DNA of 63,032 nt, counting the filler, from Neoconidiobolus thromboides FSU 785 (taxonomy: Eukaryota; Fungi; Entomophthoromycota), in assembly GCA_025603075.1 (NCBI GenBank). It is 8 parts of 8 records of this genome, joined end to end, with 100 filler letters (N's around TTAATTAATTAA, not from the genome) between each part and the next. Parts side by side here need not be neighbours in the genome. Positions count along the whole stretch, not along the records: positions 49,429 to 56,174 come from MU626720.1; positions 56,275 to 59,964 come from MU626806.1; positions 60,065 to 61,399 come from MU626991.1; 5 more parts are not named here. One strand, given 5' to 3'. Below are positions 49,524-61,499 of the stretch, in pieces. A program made the position numbers and the translations under genes. Each line of letters starts with the position of its first letter. The stretch's first letter is position 1. The notes below the pieces were generated by a model, which was not told the origin of the DNA, searched no databases, and saw only the letters and a list, made by a program, of their open reading frames with translations.

Positions 49524-51384
49524 AGAATAAAATAAACCTAAATGTTATTGACTTCATGGATCTAGACTTAATCTGTCAACTTTTAACTTTTAATTTATGA
49601 TTCAAATTCCCATTCCCTAAAGTCAAGGTTCTCACACATATACCTTTCATTTAGTTGTTATTGTTTTAAGATTTTGATTGTGATTTTTTTACATTTTCGA
49701 TATATTTTATACTGAGATGATAGACTTACCGATAAGTTTTTTACATTACATATTGCGTGGTGTTCCCTTTTGATGCTACTTTACTAAAATATAAGCATTT
49801 ATTCAATTTCAAAACCATTAGTGAAATTTTACCATAGTTCCAACTAACATCAATACTAAAAAGCGGAGCAGTTTTTAACTTAAGAAATTCGAGGTGTTCC
49901 TATCTGGTCCACCTTTTGATAATAATATGTTCATGATTTATAAATCTAATTCTGATTTTAACTTTCTTTTAACCCTTTTATATTTTAACACCATAGTATT
50001 GATGATAAATAAGCTTGGTTATTTGTCTCATTTTAATATTATCTTGTTTTCAAAGAAATTGTTAATATGAATTTATACAATTTTTATAAGTAATTTACCA
50101 TATATAAAAATAAATCTTTTACAAACTCTTAATTTCTTGTTTAAACCTTACAAATTCATATTAATAAAGTTTCTAATTTGTAAACATAGATCACCAAAAA
50201 AAGTAGTAAGAACAAAAATCAACATGAATCTAAAATCAGAAAACTTAATACGATTGAAATTGAATCAAAGTTATGGACTAAAAAATAAGCTCAAAGTTTG
50301 AAATAATATTTATTACTATTTGGCATCGCCAAACTGTACTATATTGATAATAGCTGGCGTTTATATATGCCTTGTAGTGGAGATTTTAAATAAAAGATCG
50401 CCTTTTTTGATAAATATACAACATACTAGATTATATTATTTTGATTATTTTGACCTGAATGAAAAGCTTTGTTCTATTGAGAAAATTTGATAATATCATT
50501 TTCTAATCATATAATTGAACCGTATTGTTGTTCAGTTTAATCCAATAAGTTTTGATGTTTTTTTTAAAAAAATAATGCTACAAAATGGCTCAGTAATGTA
50601 TAAAGTAAATTAAAGTAAAAGATCTTATTTTAGAGATTAAGGCATTTGATACCCTTCTGTGCTCTAGACCATACTATTTTTATGAATAAGTAAATATAAA
50701 AATATTTGATACTAAAGCATCTCATGTTGAGTTAGGTCACGTCTATTTCCAAAAGGTTTTTAAGTATCAAAATAATACTATTTAACATTCTATATTATCA
50801 AAGTTCTTCAATGGTTATACATTATTTTTTTTAAGTATTTCTAAATTTACCATAAATATTATCAGAATAAGATGATGTAGCAGTACTATTTTTTGTGCTC
50901 TTAATGTCCTTCACTTAATTAGACAATAGTTAATTGTATCAATAGAGAAATTCAATCAAATATGTTTTATAATACTAAAAACCTATATATTATTAAAGAG
51001 TTTCAAGAAACTAATATAAGTTTTTAAAGTTAGTGCTCTGAAATATAATCGACCTGGTCTTCATATATATTAATTACTTTATCTACTGTTGATATGGCCT
51101 TTATATAATTATTATATGATCTAATCAGATAAATTCTTGATAGTATAAAAATTCACTTATATTTAAGTTTATTTCATATATTGTGAAGAAAGTATCATAT
51201 ATGGTCTATTGAGGAACTATAAAATGAATATAAGTATGTAATAATCTAAACACATTTTTTTATAACCCCAGTTAATATTAAACGTTAAAATTAATAAATT
51301 CAACTTAATTTTTATAAAAGAATGATTTTTTACCTTGCTATTTTGTCCAATTTTTGTACAGTATAAAATTTAAAGATAATAAAA

Positions 51385-51480
51385 CGAGGATGCCTTTTTA
51401 TCTATATTTACTAGCATTTCTTCCACTTAATAGTACTTGAAAGATCGAAAAAGTGATGAAACCAAAAAACTTCCTAAATA
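51385..51480 (-). mobile_element. Family-1 MITE copy (degenerate)
   Basis: GAGGATG...TTCCACTTAATAGTACTTGAAAGATCGAAAAAGTGATGAAACCAAAAAAC. Confidence 0.65.
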
Positions 51481-51770
51481 TAAGGCCATAAAAAGTTTCC
51501 ATAGTCTAAAATAAATGACTCGAAAAATAGTTATAAAATAAAAACTATATTAATAAATATATCCTTTTTCTTTCATTTGAATATGGTTGTATCTATTTAC
51601 TTTTTTTAATTTTAAAAACTTGATTTTTATTGAGAGTTTCAAATCCAAAATACTTTATTAAGTTACAAACATTAAACCCTGGGACCTTCATAAAATATCA
51701 AACCCTATAAGATAATAACTCTGGCCTGTTTATTTGTTATGGTATCCTTAGTTTTTTGTTTTGTTTGATA

Positions 51771-51812
51771 AAAGATGGGAAAAGTAATGAAGCCAAAAAA
51801 ACAACTTCATAC
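51771..51812 (-). mobile_element. Family-1 MITE fragment
   Basis: AAAGATGGGAAAAGTAATGAAGCCAAAAAAAC. Confidence 0.6.
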
Positions 51813-51896
51813 TTTAAAATATAGGTGAACCTGTTTTTTATTAATTTTGAATTTCTAATAGCTGAAAAAATAGACGCATTTATTAAAAAATTTTAA

Positions 51897-51962
51897 ATTT
51901 AAGCACTATTTGAGTGGAGAATTTGTTGGTAAAATTCTTAAACATAAAATACATCCCCATAT
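51897..51962 (+). mobile_element. Family-1 MITE right half
   Basis: AAGCACTATTTGAGTGGAG...ACATCCCC|ATAT. Confidence 0.85.
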
Positions 51963-52329
51963 TTTATATCATAAGAGCAAGTCTTTTAACATTATAGATT
52001 TGCATGCATATATTGATTTCATAGGGCTTTTATATCCACTATATGGGGCTGTCCTAATTGATTTCAGAATTTACTTAGAAATTAATCGAAATTTTAAAAT
52101 TTTAAATTTGTGTCTAATATAACGGTTAAATCTAAAAAGCCTAAAGTTAAATCTCTCTATTTAAAACTTATTTTAATTGTTTCCTTTTCTTAAATAGCTA
52201 ATTTTCCTAACTATATGTTTTATGTTAGTTCTGTTAGATATTTAATAGATACATAATATATAACTATATTATTATATAATTATATAAATACACTTATTTG
52301 ACTTTATTTTTTGTTGAAATAAAAATAAA

Positions 52330-52623
52330 ATGCAAACTTTCATAACTAAACTTCGAAATGGAATTTTTGAAAACTTCAATACAATAGAGAGGAGTACACA
52401 ATATAAACATTGTAATTCATTTACATCAATTTTAAGAGCTACTTATAACAACCCAAGGTTTATGGAATTTTGTAATAAAACAAAACAAAGAAAAGATATA
52501 TTATCAAAGTTTACTATCGATAGTAATAAACTTAATCAAGCAATGTATAAAATTAGTGCTTTGAGGGAAACAGGAAATAAAAATCAACAAGTAGCGTTAT
52601 TGTCAACTATAGTTTCAGTATAT
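52330..52623 (+). pseudogene. Unassigned coding fragment interrupted by a MITE
   Basis: About 97 codons of open frame. The ORF-track tail (GDVFLCLR...) is MITE sequence. Confidence 0.35.
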
Positions 52624-52724
52624 GGGGATGTATTTTTGTGTTTAAGAATTTTACTAACAAATTTTCCGCTCAAATAGCGCTTAAAAAATAGAAAAAACAA
52701 TGAAGTCAAAAAACATTGCCAGAT
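52620..52724 (-). mobile_element. Family-1 MITE copy
   Basis: ATAT|GGGGATG...CATTGCC|AGAT. Confidence 0.92.
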
Positions 52725-52757
52725 ACTGAGTAATAATATGATTATTATTGTGTTTAA

Positions 52758-53222
52758 TGTGAAATATCGCTTTGTTAGTCCCGTGGCTAATTATAGCATA
52801 ACAGTCGCCTAAGCTGTTGTGTTCTCGAGTTCAGAGAAAATCAATCCCATGTTCTTATTTTGATTTGCTATGAGAATTTTTAGCTCCATCCAAAAGAATA
52901 TTATCTTCTCATTTTAATATTTATACTTTTCAGAGTATAAAAAAGTTTACAGAGTATAGTAGTTCGAGGCTTTTTAACTGAAGTATTCTTTGATATATTG
53001 AACATTTAATAAAGCCACTAAGTTTTCTTAATAGTATTTTACGTAGATTTTTACATTAGTATTGTCTATTCCATCTGTCTCATATAGCTTGTAACCTATT
53101 ACGCGCTATTCTTCATAATCCAAGTCTATCTTAGTCACATGAACTAAGACCTTTCAACCTATAGTGTAGTCAACCCAGCAATAGCTGTTTTTGACTCCAA
53201 ACCCTGAGTACCAGATTTCACA
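52758..53222 (+). mobile_element. Family-2 element, complete 465-bp copy
   Basis: TTAA|TGTGAAAT...ATTTCACA|TTAA: 8-bp terminal inverted repeat with a 4-bp flanking direct repeat; internal TATAAAA followed by AATAAA. Confidence 0.9.
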
Positions 53223-53726
53223 TTAATGAAATATAAATACTTTTTAGTACCTTATATCTTTATTATTTCTATATTTTTATATTTTTCGTATTTTTCATAT
53301 TTTTCATATTTTTCAAAAATTATATTTATTTTATTATATTCATAAAGAATAATTCCAAATCCTGAAATTAATTGATAATGTTTTTTATCTTACCTAACAT
53401 TTTAGAACTATTTTCCTATTATAAGATTTTTTTAAAATGTCTATCAACTACACTTTTTTTATAATGTTAGTTTGAATTAATTTTCAAAATTTGAAACTAG
53501 TTTGGATATCCTTATATAATTAAAAGTCCATCTTTTTAAATTACAAAATTCTAATGTTTGATATCATAATCAAAAGAGAATGTTACAACTCAAAATCATA
53601 GTGAATAAAACGTATTGGATATAATCAGTTGTTTTTGATTTTCAAAACATTTGCCCTCATGTTTGGGAAATTATAGTATTTTTATAAAGGTTTTTTGTGA
53701 CTCTATACTAAAATAAAAAATGTATT

Positions 53727-53832
53727 ATATGTGGATGTTTTTTTGACTTCATTACTTTTCCCATTCTTTAAGGACTATTTGAGCGGAAATTCTATTAGCA
53801 AAATTCTTAAACATAAAAGTACATCCCCATAT
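53727..53832 (+). mobile_element. Family-1 MITE copy
   Basis: ATAT|GTGGATG...CATCCCC|ATAT. Confidence 0.9.
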
Positions 53833-53861
53833 AGTTTTTAATTTAAAAAATTATTATAAAT

Positions 53862-53966
53862 ATATAGGAATGTATATTTTGTTTAAGAATTTTACCAACA
53901 ATCTTTCCGCTCAAATAGCCTCTAAAAAATGGAAAAAGTAATGAAATCAAAAAAAAATCCCCATAT
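53862..53966 (-). mobile_element. Family-1 MITE copy, inverted relative to its neighbour
   Basis: ATAT|AGGAATG...ATCCCC|ATAT. Confidence 0.9.
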
Positions 53967-56079
53967 ATAAATAAATTAAAGCTCTATTAATCATCGATAA
54001 AACTTAAAGTATTATGGGCAATATTTCTAAAAGAACGAAAATAATCATATACCTTTAAATTTAATAATGATGCCATTTTTTTTAAAAACAACAAGCTTGT
54101 TTTTTATTTTTAATTTAGAAATTTAGAAATGTAGTCATAACTTGTCTGTTTTACACTTCCCTTCCTCCTCCTTACTTGCAGTCGACTTATTGTTTAATTT
54201 GCCTACATCCATATTTTATTCTAATAATAAACCATTTGGTAGTTTGTTCCTTCAAAGTTTTTTAACAATAATTGAAATGCCAAGCTATCAAAAGTATTAA
54301 TTTTTTTAAAATAATTTTTTTGTCTATATCCTATGCAACTTAAACTTGGGAAGAGCTGATAGAAATTATGGAATCAAAAAAGACATTCTCACGTGAGGAA
54401 AATATACTTTATATTTTCTGGCTGGTTAGCACTTTACAAATAAGATTAAATGTCTTTAAATTAACATATACAACGTTGAATCTAAAACTGAGATATTTGA
54501 TAGATCTATTTGAAATACTCATATCAACAATTAAATGAACCAATTTGAATAAGTCTTTATCCTTTTTAAACTGTTTACCCTATTCCAAATAGCTTTTATC
54601 CGCTATCTAAAACTAATTTTTTAATTCAATTCAATTCAATCCAATCCTTTTGAGGGGTTGCATCTAAAAACAGTAATAATCTTCGAAATTTTTTAAATTT
54701 GACTCTCCGACTTAGTCATTTGATATACAATATCTATGCTTATTATTTCTGGGCTCATTTTGTTTTCCTGTTTTTTTTTGCATTCCGCTATGGTATGGGT
54801 AAATTAATAGCTTACTTTATTAACCGAGAATAGTGATACATTTTTAAAAAATATTAGCCTTTTCTAAATATGGAAGGTTCGAAAAACAATACTATTAAAG
54901 TATACGGATTGGAGAGTATATGCGTACTTTAATTAATATATATCTAGATTATGAGTATTAGAATACTCATTTCTATACTTGAAAGGCGGTGCCATAATAA
55001 ATAAAATAGGAAAGTAAAACGTTTATTGGGATAGTTTCTTACTATTTGCTCAGCTGTAAAAACTCGGTTAATTAAAAGTTTGATAAAGTTCTCCAACTTT
55101 TCCTAAAATGTTCGCATTTTGTATATTTAAAAAATAGACCAACTTAACTAATTTCATTAAATAATTCTGCGATACTAATTTTTCTTTTATAAGCCAAAAT
55201 GGATTCATATATATATGTAGGATTTTTGGCGTTTTCAAATAGATACAAGTATACTAAACCAGAATTATTTAAACAGAATATTAAATCAATTACTAGTTTA
55301 GTTTTCATAGTCTTGCTTTTGTCTTACTTTTGTCTTACTTTGCTAATTTTCAGAGAATGAAATGAAAATGCTATATAGAAAATGTTAAGAGTATTGCATA
55401 AGCTGGTATTTAGTTGCGAAGTGACGCTTTGATTTAGTATTTACATATTGTATAGAGTTATCAATCAAAAATGAAAGGATACATATTTGACAAATAAATA
55501 TTTGAGGGAATCAATAATCTATTAGGATTTTATGAAGAGTGAAAATATCTATTCTTCTTCTTGTATAAACACATAACGTCTTATGAAAAGTCAAACCACT
55601 AAAAACCAAGGCCTTAAAAAGATTGATAAAGATCATGTGGTAAAAGTAATAAGATAGCCGTCGCAATTTCAACAACATCTCTCAAAAGAGTTTATAGCTT
55701 TATGAACCTTGAAATGATTGAAATGATAAAAATGATAAAAATGATAGAAATAATCTTACTAAATAATCTTTTTTGAAAATGGTTGCCCTTTTTTAGCTAT
55801 ATTACTGCTAGTATACGATTAAGAAAATTACCCGAACGTAATTTATGGGTTTAAACGTAAATTTTTTAGAATTAGGCAGAATATTCATTTATATCACTAA
55901 ATAGCAGGTACAGCATAAGTATAATGCTGAATTGAATAACATATTCATAATCATGTTATCAAAACATGATGGGTTAAATTAAAAGTAATAAGAGCGAGGC
56001 TTTGGGTTATTAAGATAGAAAGTTAAATATTAATACATGAAAATTAATAAATTACCAATGATCAAGTTTACTTTATGCC

Positions 56080-56174
56080 TATTAAATAATTAACTCATAT
56101 TAATAAAGAACAACATTTGTTCATGTTATTAAGTATATCCTTATACCTTCGAAAGTAATAGCTCAAAAGGTATA
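56080..56174 (-). repeat. 95-bp terminal inverted repeat, right arm
   Basis: Exact reverse complement of 49429-49523. Confidence 0.95.
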
Positions 56175-56274
56175 NNNNNNNNNNNNNNNNNNNNNNNNNN
56201 NNNNNNNNNNNNNNNNNNTTAATTAATTAANNNNNNNNNNNNNNNNNNNNNNNNNNNNNNNNNNNNNNNNNNNN
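56175..56274. other. Artificial contig spacer
   Basis: N44-TTAATTAATTAA-N44. Confidence 0.99.
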
Positions 56275-57327
56275 CCATCAATCGTAAGAGACATCTTAAT
56301 AAAGGACACAAATACAATAAGCGTTAATTAGCAAATAAAGAGTATGATAATAAGAATCATGGTAAAAAGAGGCATAGAAATAACAAACGTGTATTTAGAA
56401 ACAAAATTGATAAGTATGACAAATATAAAAAGTATGAAAGTCAAAAAGATCAAAAACACGAAAACTGATAATTTCAACATTTTTGTTTCAAAAGGAATTA
56501 CTATCAAGATGATTGCTGTTGTGCTTAATAAAGTATCTGAAAATACATTGCTATTGATTTTTTTAGTTTTTACATTATGTTATATGAATGCACTATTTAT
56601 GTGGATCTTAAATGAGTCATAAAACTTTATTGACATTTTAATATATTTTAGGTGTTTATAAATAATATTATCTTCAATTACTATGTATTTACATACTAAA
56701 GGTATAATGATTAAGGGAAAGCATACTATAAAAAATGGGTAAATCTTCAAATATTATTTTAAATACAGTGTGAACCACTTTCCTTTAAGTGTTCTTCCAT
56801 TAACACATTGTGGTACTTTAGCCTTTCGTCCCCAACTCATAACCTTCTAGTCGCTATAAATTCTATTTCTAAGGCTGTATCAACTTTTGAGAATTTCGAT
56901 CCACACTTTACAGCAAATTTTTATTCTTCAGCTCCGCGGGCTACTTACTGTATGTATACCAGATTTGCCTTTGAACCACATCCAGAACAACTGTCTGAGA
57001 CTTCATTCATCTATTTGAGCTTTCTTTATATTAAGCCACTTGAGGTTTTGCCCTTTCAGAAAAAGCATTACTTTAAATCTATAGTTTATTAATAAAATAA
57101 AATGATTATAGCAGGTTACATTTAGATGTCTTTCATTGTTTTTAATTTGTATTTAGCTTTTTTAACATGTAGTTTAATAATATAAAAACTATAATACTTG
57201 ATCTCATGCTAAAAAAACTAATTTCAAATTAAAACCAATAAATGACATCTAGTTACATCTATTCTAAAGTTAGGATGTTATTAATATCAAACAATTATGT
57301 GTAAACATTTGACCATTTAAAAGCCAC

Positions 57328-57352
57328 TGACGTCACCCCTTTTAAAGATTGG
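57328..57352 (+). promoter_or_regulatory. CRE palindrome (TGACGTCA) plus reverse CCAAT
   Basis: TGACGTCA at 57328-57335 and ATTGG at 57348, about 100 bp upstream of the SDR start codon. Confidence 0.55.
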
Positions 57353-57428
57353 CTAATTTGATGAGATTAAAAAGCTAAATAAATAATTAGACTAAAAAAA
57401 TTTATCAACAATCTATCAGATAAAAACT

Positions 57429-58530
57429 ATGGCTTTGAAAGAACAAGTACTAGTGAGTGGAGGAACAGGATATATAGCGCAACAAGTGATCTTTGACTTA
57501 TTGAAGCTTGGATACATTGTCAACACTACAGTAAGAAATCTTCAAGATTCCAAATGCAATATATTAAATCAATGGAAAGAAGAGTTCCCAAATCAGTTAA
57601 ATATATTTGAAGCTGATTTGTTGAAAAAGGATTCTTTCCTTCCAGCATTAAAAGGGTGCAAAGCTGTGTTTCATTTAGCCACTCCTGTTTTGATTAAGAA
57701 CTTACCTACTGATCCATATGAAGAGCAAGTCAAACCTGCAGTTGAAGGTATATAAATTTTCATAATATTATAATGGTAGTAGTAACAATGACTAGGAACC
57801 CAAAATTTACTTAAAGACATTTCAAAGGTTGGTACTATTACTGATATTATTGTAACTAGTAGCGTTTCTGCTATATTTACTACTTTTGACATTAAGCAGG
57901 ATTACTATACCGAAAAAGATTTCAACCTTAATGAAACCATTGAATCAAATGCTTACGCATATTCTAAAACTCAGGCTGAACTGAAAGTATGGGAGTTTGA
58001 AAAACAAAATTTTAATAAATATAGGATCTTAGTTATTAATCCAGGCTTAGTATTTGGACCATTAGTTGGGGTTGAAAACTTCTCACTTAATGGAAATGAA
58101 AGTAATGCGGGATTGGAACATATTAAAAATTATCTCAAAGGAGTTCATAAGCTCATCCCTGAGGGTAGTCTTTAGTTTTAAATAATGCATAATAGCTCAT
58201 CATTAATAATTAGGCGGACGTACTTATGTTGATATACGTAATGTAAGTGAAGCTCACATTAAAGCTTATGAGAACAAAGATGCAAGTGGACGATTCATTT
58301 GCAATAATGATACTTTTTCTTGGAGAGAGTTTACTGCGTTGTTAAAGAAATTATTACCTGATGCCCCTTTACCATCTGAGATTAATCGACAATCAAAAGA
58401 GGAAAGTCTACCAAAGTTTGATAATACTAAATCTAAAAACATACTTGGTATCAATTACATCCCATTGGAGGTTTCTATCAAGGATCAATTGAAACAATTT
58501 ATCGATTTACCTTATAAAGTTAAAGGATAA
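57429..58530 (+). CDS. Extended SDR NAD(P)-dependent reductase (Gre2/aldehyde reductase II-like), 3 exons
   Basis: VLVSGGTGYIA, VFHLATP, KPAVEG|TQNLL, TSSVSA, YAYSK, NPGLVFGP, VDIRNVSEAHIKA...GRFI. Confidence 0.92.
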
Positions 58531-59329
58531 ATAAAATGAATGTAGCTATACATATATAGCTATCATTATTACTTTCACACACACTATCATATACATTTAT
58601 TTAATATTAAATAAGGACATTATGGTACTTACAAAATCAAATTAACTAACTGGTTTTTGATTTTTTTAAGAAATCAAATATTCAAAAGAGTTATATTTAT
58701 CATAAAAAGAAAATATAGTAAGTCAAAGCTTTTGGGGTAATGCATCTTAATGTACTACTCTGAAATTTATATAATTTTATTATATACAACCATAGTGTTT
58801 TCAGAAAGAGATCAGCAAAAAGAATCACATTCAATTTTCAACCTCAAAAGAATTTCTATTCAATGCATGTATTTCGAGAAAGAGAAGGAAGATTGACAAG
58901 AGAATTTTTTTAATTAAAGGCTTATATTCAAGACATAAGAACAGTAAAATAAGGACTTTGATTTTATATAAAGAAGTACCCAAGGCAATGTTAGTAGAAG
59001 TTTGGAAAGGAATTAAAATTTTAATAAGGGTCAATTTTTCTGTTAAATTCAAACAATAGTTTATTTTATATAGATAAACTCAAACTCAAGGTTCAACTTT
59101 GTTCCGATTTTATTTGTTATGAAAGAAACAACTTACACCTTCTGCTATCCACTTTTTTAAGTCCTTTTTATTTATCAACAGTAATAAAGTACTTGGAAGT
59201 TATTTAGCGCTTTTAGAAATTTTATAAAAAAGACAACTTGAACATAAAGGCTAAAAACATAAAAAAAATGTTTCTGTTGAATGAATCATTTTTTTTGTAA
59301 TTTTGACCTACCTAAAAAATAGTGAATAT

Positions 59330-59434
59330 ATATTAGGAGATATTTGTCTTTAAGAATTTTACTAACAATTTTTCCGCTCAAATAGTGCTTAAAAGATGGA
59401 AAAAGTAATGAAGCCAAAAAAAACACCCCCATAT
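59330..59434 (-). mobile_element. Family-1 MITE copy
   Basis: AAGAATTTTACTAACAATTTTTCCGCTCAAATAGTGCTT...CACCCCC|ATAT. Confidence 0.9.
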
Positions 59435-59964
59435 TTTATTGTTTTTATTATTTTTAATTAAAGCTAAGTATCAATATTTATCAAACGGTATTACTACTTA
59501 TATTTGCGATTAAGGAGACATCAAAAATATTACTATCGATAATACTTGAAATTGATTAGAAGTATCTAAAACTTGTAAGGATAATAAGAATGTCTATTAA
59601 TATATTCGTGTTTCAATTCTTTATGTGAAACATTGTTAAATGAAATTTAATTTATTAAAAAAAAATACATATTCATTAGTTCCTCTATTTTATATTAAAA
59701 ATACTGATTACTGTTATTAAGTTGATTTAAGGGTTTGAATTTTATTTGTAATTTTAGGAAAAGTTTAAGGGTAAAAAAGTTAAAGTCAACACATGGCATA
59801 TTACAATTTTTCAAGGAAAAAGAACAAATATTAATTTTATAGTATATGCAATGTTTATTAGAAAAATAAAGATAATAAAGATAATGAATTAAATGCGGTA
59901 AACTTTGGCTTCAGGTAAAACTGACTCCCATTGAGTTTGAGTTTTAAGCCAATCGAATAATATG

Positions 59965-60064
59965 NNNNNNNNNNNNNNNNNNNNNNNNNNNNNNNNNNNN
60001 NNNNNNNNTTAATTAATTAANNNNNNNNNNNNNNNNNNNNNNNNNNNNNNNNNNNNNNNNNNNN
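59965..60064. other. Artificial contig spacer
   Basis: N44-TTAATTAATTAA-N44. Confidence 0.99.
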
Positions 60065-60128
60065 TGGTGTCACTAAAGGTGAAAAGGAAACTGAAGTTAA
60101 TGGTGTAGTTACCAAAGAATCTTTTTAA
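60065..60128 (+). CDS. 3' end of an unidentified gene
   Basis: GVTKGEKETEVNGVVTKESF* in highly-expressed-type codons (GGT, GTC, ACT, GTT), followed by an AT-rich UTR. Confidence 0.4.
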
Positions 60129-61012
60129 TTGATTAAACTAAGTATAAATTATAATTTTTAAGATTTTTTTTTAAATTTTATAAAGTTTTTGCCTTTATAC
60201 AGTATCTATAAAAATTGTCTCAAAAATCGAAGCATATAACTTTAAACATTAATTCTTTAATGACTAATAACTAAAAGGCAAGTTTTTTTTGCAGCTATAT
60301 TTGATACCAAAGTCTTAGCAAGAATTAAAAGGTCAATTAGTGAGAACACCAAGGTCATAGTTATTATTAATCAGCCATTCGATAGCCCAATGTATGATAT
60401 TAACTACGTAATACATCATTTGACATCAAGATATAAGGCTGAAAAGTTGATTCTCGAATACTTTGTATATTCACAATAGGAGCGACAGACAGTCCGTAGA
60501 ACTGAAAGCTTCTTTTAGTCAAATACAAATCAAGTTTTAAGCCTTAAATACTTTAGAATCACTCTTAGCATAAGCATGTTTTAAAAAAATTTAATTAACG
60601 ACTGTTTCTAGGATTCAATTGCTTAAAAACTGGATGAATTTTGAAATAGAATACCATCTTTCTTCATTTAAGAGGCAGTAGTCTCAAGTGCTTTAATAAC
60701 CAAAATAAACAGAATATGTTTAAGCCAGTAAACTTAAGGGATATTTTAACTGAAAGATCACATCATAATAAAGTAGTAATATCGTCCTATGATTTTACTT
60801 TTGAAAGGAACAGCTAAGTAATATGAAGGCTCACTTCGCTTCTGTTCTCCAAAGGGTTTCCCACTGAATGGAAAAAAAAGATATTTTTATGTATAAAAAG
60901 TATTTTCAATTAATACAATTTATTAGTTTAATGTTAAAAATTTTGTATATTTGAATTGTTTATTTTGACTATAGTTTTTAAGTTTTAAATAAATTCCAAT
61001 AGTTTGTATAAT

Positions 61013-61114
61013 ATATAGAGGTATTTTTTTCGGCTTTATTTTTTCATCTTTTAAGCATTATTTGAGCGGAAAAATTGTTAGTAAAGTTTTTAAACACAAA
61101 AATATATCCCATAT
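61013..61114 (+). mobile_element. Family-1 MITE copy
   Basis: ATAT|AGAGGT...ATATCCC|ATAT. Confidence 0.85.
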
Positions 61115-61399
61115 ACTGATCAGTGGTTAAAAAATTTGACGAACTTTTCTAGATAATATTTATTTTTCAATAATGAATTAGAGGCAAAGGGGCAGAAGTA
61201 TACATTAGAGTAGTTTTCATTTTAGATATAAAAAGTATTTACTCTTGCGATTAGTAACGTTTTCCTTGTTTAATCAAAAAAGTGTGATTGTTTATTAAAG
61301 GCTCAAAGCTATTGTGCTTATGTATAACTTAAATTTTGATGTATTGACTCATATAAATAAGTCTTAATGTTCCAAAAACATCAATCATTTAGACAAAGT

Positions 61400-61499
61400 N
61401 NNNNNNNNNNNNNNNNNNNNNNNNNNNNNNNNNNNNNNNNNNNTTAATTAATTAANNNNNNNNNNNNNNNNNNNNNNNNNNNNNNNNNNNNNNNNNNNN
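61400..61499. other. Artificial contig spacer
   Basis: N44-TTAATTAATTAA-N44. Confidence 0.99.

Noticed and set aside
51910-52122. 70-aa ORF
   Set aside because: Starts at TTG inside a MITE half-copy.
49429-56174. Linear plasmid or Polinton interpretation of the inverted-ended contig
   Set aside because: No polymerase, ATPase or capsid ORF. The interior carries nuclear MITEs and is decayed.
60264-60479. 71-codon stop-free frame (…FDTKVLARIKRS…LEYFVYSQ*)
   Set aside because: No early start codon and no recognisable motif or partner exon, so it cannot be supported.
8238-61499. Seven regularly structured TTAATTAATTAA motifs within N-runs, as a biological repeat
   Set aside because: Identical 100-bp N44-12-N44 design with stops in six frames: an artificial joiner.
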